In this document: positions 1 to 11,330 of the stretch, one piece after another
Layout: every line of letters starts with the position of its first letter
How positions within the stretch are numbered: position 1 is the stretch's first letter
Origin: Thalia democratica
Lineage: Eukaryota
Direction: 5' to 3'
DNA: 64,000 bases
Assembly: GCA_965202585.1 (NCBI GenBank)
Contig: OZ241829.1
Span: 66,898,001-66,962,000, forward strand
Translations under genes and position numbers: made by a program
Notes under the pieces: generated by a model
Databases searched by the model: none
What the model saw: only the letters and a program-made list of their open reading frames with translations
Told to the model about the DNA's origin: nothing

Positions 1-310
1 TTAAATAGTATAAAAATATTAAAAAGATACTGTAAAGTTACTTTAAATGTGTTTTTTAATAAAAAAAAAAATTTGATGATGACAAAAATTCTTAATTATA
101 TGATAGATTTTTTGTATCAAATCAAAATTTTACTACTGAAAATGTTAAAATTATTAAAAATTCCAGGTTTTTCCAGGTTTTTTGATCGAAATTCCAGGTT
201 TTTCCAGGTTTTTTTCAAAATTTCTCAAATTCCAGGTTTTTCCAGGTTATTTTAGCCTAAATTGTCAAATTCCAGGTATTTCCAGGTTTCCAGGTAAAGT
301 GGCAACCCTG
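1..310. mobile_element. Non-autonomous hAT-like MITE, right part (family with CAGGGTTGCCAC TIR)
   Basis: Ends AAAGTGGCAACCCTG at 310 and has subterminal TTCCAGGTTTT repeats. Body matches the copies at 671-1003 and 4805-5145. The left end lies outside the window. Confidence 0.75.
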
Positions 311-670
311 AACTAAACGAGAGTGCGTAAAGTCACAAGTGTGTAAAGATGCGAGAGGTTACTGTATTGAAAAATATACAATATCAATAATAATTAGCAT
401 TTGAACCTCCAAGTTTAGCTAAAACATTTCACAAATCACTTATAACTTTGAAAAAAAAACTTAAGGGCAACTGATATCATAATTAAAAATAGAAAAAAAA
501 TATTCATAACAATGCTTCACCGATCAAGACATTAATTATCAACTATTTACAAACTATTTTTTTCACTAAAAAATTATAAATAACTTCAACTTTTTTTTAT
601 GTAAATATATTTAAAAATGTTTTGATATAAAGTGGTTGGAGAATTTAAACTTTAGTTATTAAACTAAACA

Positions 671-1003
671 CAGGGTTGCCACTCGTTTTTTCCAGGTTTT
701 CAAGATTTCCTCCAGGTTTTTAAAATACACATTTTTGTATCTATTTTTAGTTTAAAGTTAAGTCTAAGGTAAAAATAAAATGTTTAAATAGTATAAAAAT
801 ACTGAAAAGATATTAAGCTACTTCAAATGTATTTTTTAATAAAAAAATGTTTGATGATGACAAAAAAAAATTTATCAAAATGTTAGATTTTTTGTGTCAA
901 ATCAAAATTTTTCTACTTAACATGTGAATTTTTTTTTTTAATTCAGGTTTTTTTTGCATAAATTGTCAAATTCCAGGTTTTTCCAGGTAAAGTGGCAACC
1001 ATG
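671..1003. mobile_element. Non-autonomous hAT-like MITE (CAGGGTTGCCAC family)
   Basis: TIRs CAGGGTTGCCAC / GTGGCAACCATG (1 mismatch) with internal TTCCAGGTTT repeats. No clean TSD. Confidence 0.8.
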
Positions 1004-1021
1004 TTAACAAACTCTAATTTT

Positions 1022-2035
1022 TCAAACCTTTTTCTTTGTAGGTAAAATAATATTTTCAGGGCGGTTGGTAATACCTTTGCTGGCAGCTGCCATCTTCAAC
1101 CCCTGAGATAGACTTGTCGGATTTTTGGTGTGACTCTCCTGATAAACAACATTTCCACCTGGTGGCGCCACACCGTACACTAAACCTGACTCCATGCCCA
1201 GGTTCAACGAGTTCAGGTTGGTATTGCTGCTTTCAACTTCCATGTCCGGGTTGAACATTACCATTTCAGGCGATTCCCTGTTTTCGGGGGCAGGTTCAGC
1301 TGGCTCCTCTTTGACTTCCTGCTGTTGGGCGTCAGCTGCTGATTGGTTGATTTCCATGTGAAATCCTTCAGTCAACTGGATAACGTTGTCAATTGAAGTT
1401 TTAGCTGCTTGAAAAACTTGTTGAGGTTGCTCTTCAGCTTTAGATGATTCTGCGTCTAGTTTCTGCTCAGATAAGGTTAGGGTTGGTTGATGGTTTGCTT
1501 CAGGGGCAGCTTTTACTACAGCCTCTTGGATTGTTACAGCTTCAGTGGCGTTTTCCAATGGAGCATTAACTGTATTGGTTGAAACTTTTTCAGGAGCTTG
1601 TTGAGGCTGGACTGAGTCAGCAACAGCTTCTGGACTGGCTACATTTGCAGCAGTTTCTAGAATTGAAGTTTCCTGAACTTCCTGAGAAACTGTTTGGATC
1701 GCTTCAGTCTCAACCTGAGATGCAACTTGTTCTGAATCAACTGCAACTGCTGCTTTTTCAGCGGAATCTCCAGCTTCAACTTGAGTTTCTGAAGCAGTTT
1801 CAGGCTGTGTTTGTTTTGTTTCTGTTTGCTCCACAAGCTTTGCACAGTCATCTTTGTGTGCAGATGTTTCAACCTGAGTTTTAGGTTCATCTTGCTGTGC
1901 TTGCTGAGGCGCAACTTCAGAGCTTGTGTTTGCTTCAGTATTTTCAGTCACTTTTGGTTTTTCTTCAATGTCATTGGGTGGCTTTGGATCAGTGACAATT
2001 AAGTTGTCCACTTCCATAGGTGTAGTTTCTGACAT
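1022..2035 (-). CDS. Large coding exon, acidic E/Q/A/T/P-rich low-complexity N-terminal region of an unidentified protein
   Basis: Uninterrupted 337-aa ORF, clearly GC-richer than its flanks. Upstream acceptor TTTTAATTTCAG|G at 2152. Possible donor AAG|GTTTGA at 1028/1027, so the gene may continue left of the window instead of stopping at 1022. Confidence 0.8.
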   Translation of the reverse strand: MSETTPMEVDNLIVTDPKPPNDIEEKPKVTENTEANTSSEVAPQQAQQDEPKTQVETSAHKDDCAKLVEQTETKQTQPETASETQVEAGDSAEKAAVAVDSEQVASQVETEAIQTVSQEVQETSILETAANVASPEAVADSVQPQQAPEKVSTNTVNAPLENATEAVTIQEAVVKAAPEANHQPTLTLSEQKLDAESSKAEEQPQQVFQAAKTSIDNVIQLTEGFHMEINQSAADAQQQEVKEEPAEPAPENRESPEMVMFNPDMEVESSNTNLNSLNLGMESGLVYGVAPPGGNVVYQESHTKNPTSLSQGLKMAAASKGITNRPENIILPTKKKV

Positions 2036-2793
2036 TATTTTTAATTATCTGTGATTTTATTGCGGTTGAAAAAATACTAATTAAAGTATTTTCATAAAAA
2101 AAGGGTTGCTAAAAATAGAAGCAAGAAGCTAGCCTAAGTGATCAAAAATAACCTGAAATTAAAATAAAAAACAGTCAGAGTTTATATATTAAAAAATATA
2201 TTTGCACCGAATCTAAAAAAAATTGAAGTAGCTGAAGATTAAGAACAATCTTTTTTTGTCTTTATGAAACATATGTTCAAGAATTTTTTAAATCGCATTT
2301 TCCTAATAAATTATTTAAAATTCCTTTTAAGTTGGCTCTGTAGAAAGTGATTAATTTTAAACAACCAACTTATTTTCTACATATATATATAACATAAGAA
2401 TTATGTTAATTACAGTAATTTTACTACTTCTACATTTTGTTTTAATATTGACTTATAAATTGTATATTCTTGTTTATTTTTGTTGAAAGGGCAACAAGAA
2501 AAATGTGAACCTACATTATTGTGAAAATTGAAATATAAGGAAGGAAGTATGTACAGCAATTAAACCACTTAAATATAAGAAACTGATAATGTTAAAAAAA
2601 AATATTTTAAAAAATAATGAAATAACATGATGAAAAGAAATTTTGTAAACTAAACATGTTAAGAAACAAACAAATATACTTACATTGGTTTTAACACTTT
2701 TTAGCTTAGTATTAATAATAAGTTTATGATTCTTAAAAGTAAAAAGTTCTTGTGAATAGTTTAAAATTTTGTTGAACAACTGCTTATATTTAA

Positions 2794-3502
2794 GGCCATA
2801 TGGGGGGGGGGGGGGGGGTCCACTTTGTTTTTTACAAATAGATCTTATTTTGTAGAATTTAATCTGAGCTATCAGACACTTTTAACCGCTTAAAAAAACT
2901 CAAAGTAACTTTTGAGATATAAGCGATCAAAGAAAGGGCGTTCAATAGGTTCCTTTTGGAAGGCAAAAACTAAAAATGCGAAAAAAGACTATTTCACTAA
3001 AAATCTATCTCCTCCTTCATTTTTTGAGTAATCTTTCTCAAATTTTTACAGAATGTGTATCATTAAACTTTAAAGAGATCTATTGTAGGATTTTTTTTAA
3101 TTTTGAGTAAAAAAAAATTATTGTCAAAAAACTACCCTTTTTTTTAGTTTTTTGTGGATAAAATTTTTATTTTTCAAAATTTCAAAAATTCCAACATTCA
3201 GATTCTTCAAAATATAAAAAGGAACATTTCCTGAAAATTTGAAGTCTCTAGGTCAAAAAATGAAGGAGGAGATAGGTTTTTGGTGAATTTTTAAATTTCA
3301 GAGAAAATTGACCCCAAAATTTGCGGTCCATACGTTTGTATCGGAAACTTTTTACAAAAAATAAAATATCTCAAAAGTTAAATTATATTTTTGTATTCTA
3401 TAAAAACAGGCTTGTAGTTTGTATTTAAAGCTTTCATATAAAAGCCAAAGTTATTTTTTGTAAAAATAAAAGTTGGACCCCCCCCCCCCCCCCCATATGG
3501 CC
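2794..3502. mobile_element. TTAA-flanked MITE with poly-G TIRs (Kolobok/Harbinger/Zator-type termini; superfamily unresolved)
   Basis: TTAA|GGCCATAT(G17)TCCACTTT ... AAAGTTGGA(C17)ATATGGCC|TTAA, with internal inverted segments. Confidence 0.85.
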
Positions 3503-3695
3503 TTAAATTGATGCTAATATGTGTCATATATAGTAAAGTTATTATAGGTTAGGGTAGGAAGTACTTAGGTGATGTTTGCTAGACTTATAAGTCAATATGA
3601 TTTGGAAGTGTTTTTGCGTCATTAACAAGATTTTTAAAAAATATTGTAATTTTTCTCACAATAATCATAATTTCTAATAATGGAAAGTGATTTAA

Positions 3696-4379
3696 GGGCA
3701 TAGGGGGGCGTAAACACCCTTTTTTGGTTTTTTATCTTATTTTACATAGTTTTTACTAAGCTACAAGATGCTTTTTACAAATTTAAAAAAATCAAAATAA
3801 TTTTTGAGATATAGCCGGTCAAAGTTGGAGGCAACAATAGGAACCTTATGGGAGGCGCAAACTAAAACGGCAAATAACTAGAAATCACTAAAAATCTATC
3901 TCCTCCTACGTTGTTTGAGATAACTACCTCAAATTTTCAGGAAATGTTCCTTGCAATATTTAAAAAATTCTGTCAAAACAGAATTTTTAAAAATTCAAAA
4001 ACAAAAACTTTATAACAAAAAAACTAAAAAAAAACTGTTTTTTTTTTGTTTTTTTTTTATATAAAATTTCAATTTTTCATTTTTTTAAAAATTCCTTCTA
4101 ACTGAATTTTTTAAGTATATCAAGGATCATTTCCTGAAAATTTGAGGTAGTTATCTCAAAAAACGTAGGAGAAGATAGATTTTTAGTGAAATATTTTATT
4201 TTTGCTGTTTTAGTTTGTGCCTACCATATAGAATCTATTGTTGCCTCCAACTTTGACCGGCTATATCTCAAAATTTATTTTGAATTTTTTAAATCAGAAA
4301 AAGCATTTTGTAGCTTTGGAAAAAATATATAAAATAAGATCAAAAACCAAAAAAGGGTGTTTACCCCCCCCCTATGCCC
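3696..4379. mobile_element. TTAA-flanked, almost fully palindromic MITE related to 2794-3502
   Basis: TTAA|GGGCATAGGGGGG ... CCCCCCCTATGCCC|TTAA. Arms of about 300 bp are reverse complements (GAGATATAGCCGGTCAAAGTTGGAGGCAACAATAG vs CTATTGTTGCCTCCAACTTTGACCGGCTATATCTC). Shares CACTAAAAATCTATCTCCTCC with the neighbouring element. Confidence 0.85.
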
Positions 4380-4804
4380 TTAAAATGTATTTTATATATA
4401 TATCAACATGCAATTGAAATGACATTACATCAATAATATTATTCTGCCTAGCTGACTTGACACATTTTATATTCTAAATCAAAAAACTAAAAGTAAAACA
4501 GCAGAAGAATTTGCTTATTATATAAGAGCAAAAAAAGTACAATTTTAGAGAAAAAACTTGAATATTTAGTGTAATAATGATGTCATAGTACAACAAAAGC
4601 AGTAAGTATGTCTTTAATTCATGCCTATAATTATATAAGCTTTCATTTAAGACATAAATTATTAAGTCTAGGACATGTATAAGTGATTTTATTACTGTTT
4701 AAGTCAAAAAATCAAAAAGTATGTGATTTTTAGGGTTGAAATTAGTTTTTAGGGCAGCAGCTTTTTTTTGATTAGAATTTTTTTTTTAGATTCTTCTTAA
4801 TGAA

Positions 4805-5145
4805 CAGGGTTGCCACTTCATTTTTCAAAAAAAAATTTTCCAGGTTTTCCAAATATCTTCCAGGTTTTTCAAAGTACATATTTTTGGATTTTTTTTTAGT
4901 TTCAAGTTATGTTTAAGGTAAGAAAATGTGTAAAATAGTATAAAACCATATAAAATGATACTGTTAAGCTACTTTAGATATGTTTTTAAATTAAAAAATT
5001 TTGTTGACAACAAATTTTTTTTTTTAATAGATTTTTTTAGTTGAATCGAAACTTTATTACTGAACATGTGAAAATTGTTAAAACTCCAGGTTTTTCCAGA
5101 TATTTTTTGCCTAAATTGTCAAATTCCAGGTAAAGTGACAACCCT
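4805..5145. mobile_element. Non-autonomous hAT-like MITE (CAGGGTTGCCAC family)
   Basis: TIRs CAGGGTTGCCACT / AGTGACAACCCT, with near-perfect 8-bp TSD TTAATGAA / ATAATGAA. Confidence 0.85.
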
Positions 5146-5489
5146 ATAATGAAGCATAAACGCATCCAAATCATATTGACTTGAATGAATATTACAATAT
5201 GACCGAAAAAATGTGCTGTACTCCCTACCATATTACAGGTTCAGGTTTGCCACTCTTTGAGTCAAAAAATCTTCCCTGAAAGTGAGTGACTAGTTTTTCA
5301 AATCCTTTATTTTTTTGTTTCTGGCGCAAACTACTAATTATAAAAGGAAGGTTGAATGTGTATGCTTGTGTGGTAGACTAATACTAAAAATATGAAAAAA
5401 CTGTTTACAACAATTCAATGTTAAAAGGTTAAATCAATTGAGATTAAAAAACAAAATTGTGCACAATTTTGTGTAAACATGTTAGTTAA

Positions 5490-5570
5490 GGGCATAGAGG
5501 GGGGGGTCGACATTTTTTTTACTAAATATAACATATGATCTTATATGAAAGCTTGAAGTACAATCTACAA
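5490..5570. mobile_element. Truncated left end of the GGGCATAG poly-G MITE family
   Basis: TTAA|GGGCATAGAGGGGGGGGTCGAC, abutting the LINE fragment. Confidence 0.6.
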
Positions 5571-7090
5571 TCCAGTTTTTATAGAATTTCAGCTTAAATT
5601 TGCTGAGGTAATCCCTATTTATAAAACTGGTAAAATAATGAAATTCATAACTACAGACCTATTTCTCTTTTATCCCCATTTTTGAAAATTTTGAGTTTTT
5701 AGTGTGTAAGAGATTGAAAAAATTCTTTTTGTTGAATGAGGTGCTACATGAAAAACAATATGGGTTTAGAGAGAATAGTACGACTGAACTTGCTGTGAAT
5801 ACAGATTGTTGATGAATTAATTGAGGCTGGTGAAAAAAATTAGTAAAATTGCTCTGTATTTTTGGATTCGGCTAAAGCATTTAACACAGTTTATCATAAA
5901 ATTCTAATATCTTAACTTAAAATTTATAATATAAAAGGTTCATGTTAAATTTACTTAAAGATTATTTAAAAAGAGAGAAGCCAATCAACTGTCATAAATA
6001 ATGTTGGATCTGAGCGTGAAACTGTAAATGTTGAGATACCACAAGGTTCTTGTTTGGGTCCTTTGTTGTTTTTTGTGTATATAATGATATTTTTCCTCTA
6101 CTGAGATAAAATGAGATTGTTTGCTGATGATGCCTGCTTGAGCTACCAACGTAGTGATCCCAAGTATCTAAATGAAATTATTGATAAGGAGTTGGTTAAA
6201 GTTTATAAATGGTTGCTTGCTAATAAACTTTTTATTAATTATTCAAAAACTTTTGCTTTTCAATAAAACTTCAAAAAATTGTGAATTTAGTGTTAAGTTT
6301 AATGGTTTTCTTTTTGAGCAGAGTGATAGTATAAAATACTTAGGTGTGGTTTTGGATATTAAGCTGAATTTGAAGAAACATTTGAGTTCTCTGAAATCGA
6401 AATTGGCTAGGAGTTGTTATGTTTTGTCAAAATTAAGATATTATTAGGACATATTTACACTTTAAGTGATTTATTATAAATTGTTTTATACGCATATCCA
6501 ATATTGTATATCTGTTTGGGGTGGTGCTGCTGACTGTTACTTAAAACCAATTGTTTGCATGCAAAAAAGAATGATCAGGTATGTTTGTTATGTGCCTGCC
6601 TTGACCACAACAAACCCTTTGTTTAAAAAACTGGTGTGCTTAAATTAAAGGATGTTTATATATTGCAAATTTGTAAGTTGATACGTAATACTATAACAGG
6701 GTTTGATGTAGAACACAATAGATTAACACTTGCTAGCTCCTTTCACTCACACAATACAAGATTTTCAAAGAAAATTAATTTTATAACTGAAAGACCTAGA
6801 ACAAGACTTAGCCTAAACTGCTTTAGGTATTTGGGTCCCAAGTTTTGGTCTAGTGTCCCTGACACCTTTAAAAACTTAAAAAATATCCTTTTAAATTTAG
6901 ATATAAAAACTTTTTGTTGAATAACTACATGGAGTAGATCTAGAGTGCTTCTACATGTATGTTTTGTTTGTGTTGAAATTTGATTGATGTTATTTGGGCA
7001 TCAGATTGTGATGTGTAGGTCTTTATTTTATGAATGTCCTGGTAATGAAAGAGTGATTGTTATAAATTATTGAAATAAATTTAGTTTATT
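5570..7090 (+). mobile_element. Decayed CR1/L2-type LINE, 5'-truncated reverse transcriptase and 3' end
   Basis: Frame-broken RT motifs: VIPIYK, NYRPISLL, KQYGFR, FLDxAKAFNTV, IPQGSCLGPLLF, FADDA, IKYLGVVLD, HIQYCISVWG. Confidence 0.92.
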
Positions 7091-7644
7091 GTTAAACTAT
7101 TTTACTTGTTTTCATTTTGTTATTGTGTTAGATTTAAGATAATTCATTTTATTTATTCATTTTTATTTATTTTCTATTAGAAACTAGAGGTAGAAGTATA
7201 AATTTAATATAAAATTTTTATTTATTTTATTTTTTATTTTTTTTATTTTAGTATTTTTATTTAATTAATATCTATTTTATTTATTTTACTTATTTTATTT
7301 TATTCTTTTTGAGTTTTGTACAAAGTTAATACTAACAAATTTGTAAAACTCTTTTTATTTTATTGTTGATATTTATATATATATTATTTTTTCAATACAA
7401 ATAGTATCTTTTTTTCCTACTTACAGTACTTCTTTATTTTAGTTAGTTTTTCTAGAACTAAATACTTAAAATTAAATACTGGTTTATTTGTGTTTGCAAC
7501 AGCTGATTGTTAGTTCACACTGGTGGCAGTGATCACATGATTGGATTGTTGGTGTGTTATTTGTTATAGCATCCGAAAATACTTACTTGGGGATTACAAG
7601 GCTAAAAAATTTCTAAAGAAGCACTTTAAAATAGATAAACTGAT

Positions 7645-8636
7645 GGTAATTACCTAGGATGATGTTGCACCAATATCAAGCTGAAACGATATTATATTTG
7701 ATGTGTTCTTTAACAATAATTTTAGGCTAAAAATTAATAATTTATATATACATTAATATAATTAAATTTATTTATCATAAACTTATAAAATGTAAATATT
7801 TAATCACTTTTATTTTACAATATAAAGTGATGATATCAACACAATAATTTATATTGATTTTGTTTTAGTAAAATAAAATTAATTTAATATTTTAGTTTAT
7901 AATAAACAAATTAATTCTTATTGTGATTTTTTATAGCTTGTTTAAAAAAAAGTTTGGTTGTGGTTAACTTTAGGTGAACACCCATATCAACTGAAAATAT
8001 AATACATTTGGTGTCTTATATAAACCATAATTTTAGGCTAAAAAAATGATACTTTGTTTTAAACAAGCTATATAAATTCATAGAAAGGCTAAATTAATAT
8101 ATTATAAATTGAAGTATTTAATCAATTTTATTTTACAATATCATAATCAATATATATTATTGTATTGATATAATCACTTTATATTGTAAAACTAAAGCAA
8201 TTAAATATTTAAGTTTATTATTTTAAAATATATAAGTTTAATTTTATTCCTGTATTTTCAAAAAATAAATTTTTAGTTTAAAATTATGATTAAATAAGAC
8301 ATCAAATGTATTATAATTTCAGCTTGATATTGGTGCTCACCTAAAGTTGACCACAACCCAAAGTTTCTTTTCAGATTAAATATATTAAGTTTAAAATATT
8401 TATTTTTAGTCTACAATTATATGGTCAAAAGAAACACCAAAAATAATTTAATTTCAGCTTGATATTGGTAAGACATCAAACTAGGGTTCCCATTGAGTTC
8501 CCTTCATTGGGTTCCCAAATTCCCTGAGTACGTGGCAAGTCAGTAGATTATTTATTTAGCCTAAACTATAAAAAAGACATTGAATAAAATAAAATTTCAT
8601 CTTGATATTAGTGCAACATCATCCTAGGTAATTACC
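7645..8636. mobile_element. Foldback-like non-autonomous DNA element
   Basis: About 36-bp TIR GGTAATTACCTAGGATGATGTTGCACCAATATCAAG vs CTTGATATTAGTGCAACATCATCCTAGGTAATTACC. Internal diverged copies of the ATATCAAGCTGAAA...TTTTAGGCTAAAAA module occur in both orientations. No clean TSD. Confidence 0.7.
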
Positions 8637-11084
8637 CATAACTCTTATATTTTTTAAATTGAGCAGTATACTTTTATTATATTAGTTTAATCTATTGAGC
8701 TGAGATAGAGAGTTGACTGTATGAGATTTATTTACACTCTATAGTAGACATGTGTGAACATAAATGAAGAGTTTGAAATTTTACAGTTGTTTTACATTCA
8801 AGGGGTTATGTAAGTAACAATCACTTTTATTTAGTATTTAAAATCACAAAACTGTTAATTCAAAAGTTTTAATTGAAGTATGTATTTTAGTTTAACAATA
8901 GTTGATAAATAAGTTTAATTTAAAAACAATAAAGTAGAGAAAAATTAAACCAAGTTCTATAACAACTCATAAGTATTGTTTGAAATCAACAAGTTTGTGC
9001 CTATTTTCATAACACTTGTGTTTATTCGAAGCTTGAAAACAATATGGTTGTTTTACAATAAGTTTTTTATCTCTGGGCGCGAACTAGCAAATTTAACAGA
9101 GCTAAACTGTAATTCTCAAATCAATATGACCAAATTTGTAAAGTATATCTTTATAAACTTAAAGACATAAGAAACAACTATATGAAAAATGTAAAATATT
9201 AAGTAAAAATTTAGTTTTTTTTTAATTAAATAAAAATTTTCAATAAAAACACTGACGTTAAATAAATCAAATTTTCAAGATTTAGAGTTTTCAAACCCGT
9301 ATGCAAATATGCATTTTTTATCATTTTAAAACAACTGTCTGAAAGTTTTTGCAAGCTATTCAAAAATATAAAGGAGTCTTCTTCTAAAGTACGTAACGTA
9401 CTTAAAGTACGGACATTAAGTATTTAACAAAAAGTGCGTCTTAGAGCATTCCTAGTCAATACTTTTTTTAAACAGACAAATTTAATATTTCTAAATCTCA
9501 TTAGTGTTATGAAGTTTTTATATAAGATATGCTATCGTTTCTTTTCGGCTTGGCATAAAAAGTTAGAGCTTTTTATAAGAAATGTTTACAATTTTGCAAA
9601 ATATGTTATTATATAAATCTCTTAAACTACAATATTAAATAGTAAGTAGCATAATAAAATAAATAAAAAAAGAAATTGACTATTTTTTAAGACAGTTTAG
9701 AGAATAAATTTAAAAATTTGAAAAAAATAATAATTGTTGTCTTTATACATCAATAATACTCAACTCATACAACTAATGCGTTCAGAAAAAATTTATCTTT
9801 ACAAAAATTGTTTTAATATTTTTTTTATATATTTTTCTATATTTTCTATTCTCAGAATCAACATTCTTAAGTTTATTGATATTGCAAATCAGTAGTACTT
9901 TTGTATTTATTTATTTTTATATCGATAAATAATTAGCTCATAAAATGACGTAGAACTAAAAATATGGACAATTATACAACTTAAAAAAAATCCTTAGTTA
10001 TATATTAAAACTACTTTTTCTGTATTTTCATACATTAAAAAAAGGTATGTCTCTGTTTATTTATAAATACGTTAATTATTTTTTAAGCTCTATTTTCTGA
10101 GTTAAGTTTTTTTGGTTGTGTTACAAACTTAAAAGTTTTAATTTAGTGTATAGCTATATTGGTTTAGTCGTTTATTTTAACTAATTAAATGTATGTAAAC
10201 TTTATTTTTAAAACAACGTTTACGTATAAGGTGCTAATTTTAAACATTTTTATTTAACGCTAAGAAAATTAGTTTTGAAATTTAAAAGTGCATCCAATTT
10301 TTTTTCTCTATTATCATATTGTTAATCTAATTAAGATAGAATTAAAGTCATCAATAGATCCACGATCTACTGGTTTTGGTGCATTTTGTTTTAGATTACT
10401 TATCTTGGTTTATTTTTCGTCTTTATGTTTTAATGTCTTGTTAATAACTATTATTTTGTGAAAATTGTTGATATTAGTTGCACTTTATTTGATTTTTTAT
10501 GAATATTCGTTGTAATTGGAATATAATTTTTGCCTTATTTTATTAAAAGCATAACGTACTTTATAAACTTTTATCAAAATCGATACTTTGTTAGATTTTC
10601 AAATTAAACTATATTTTTTTATTATTCTTTAAGTGTATGTTTTTGACATTACACTTTTGTCTTAAATCATAACTAATAATGATAAATGTATTTGAAAATT
10701 AAAAAAATCGACAAATAGTTTAATATAAAAACAAAATTTGTAAGGAAGGTATATAAATAAGGACCTATTTTGTACATTAGTAAAATATTGCTGTTTTTTC
10801 TTTTAACTTACATTATTAATCAAAAACCTTAACAAAAATGTATCGATGATTAAAAACACGAAAATAAAAGCTCGTTTACTAATTATGATTAAGGTAGTAT
10901 TTTAATCAAACCTCAATCACTTTAATGTATATAATTTTATTGAAAAGCTCTGATATACCATTAACAGTTTTCATAAAACAATTATTGTTTGAGTCACGAG
11001 AGTCAAACTTTTAAAGTTTAAAACTTTTATAACTTAGGGAATAACATATTATTAAATTAAGTAACAAGAAAACAATGATTTAGT

Positions 11085-11330
11085 ATGTTTCCACGTCAGG
11101 CGAGAGCAGCATGTCACTAAAAAGCTAAAAAGGTTTATTTCAATGACGGCGTTAAGCCAAAAGGTGAACAATCGTTTATTCATTATCATCTCCTCAAAAC
11201 CCTAGTTGGGCTGAGAACTACGTGGATAGTAGGTTCAAAATTCTATCCAGAGCGAGAAACTCCTACCATCTCACAGTTCTAGAATCTTTGTTTATTAGAA
11301 CTCGCGAGCCGAAAATTTGCAGAAAAGAGA
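11085..11330 (+). mobile_element. Penelope-like retroelement remnant (GIY-YIG endonuclease C-terminus)
   Basis: Translates to ...FHVRREQHV...WAENYVDSRFKILSRARNSYHLTVLESLFIRTREPKICRKE, the typical FxIL...LxxLEsLfI...P tail. Confidence 0.75.

Noticed and set aside
49-255. 68-aa ORF
   Set aside because: Lies within the hAT MITE; IPGFSR comes from TTCCAGGTTT repeats.
1579-2002. ORFs overlapping the 337-aa exon in other frames
   Set aside because: Shadow frames of a low-complexity coding exon.
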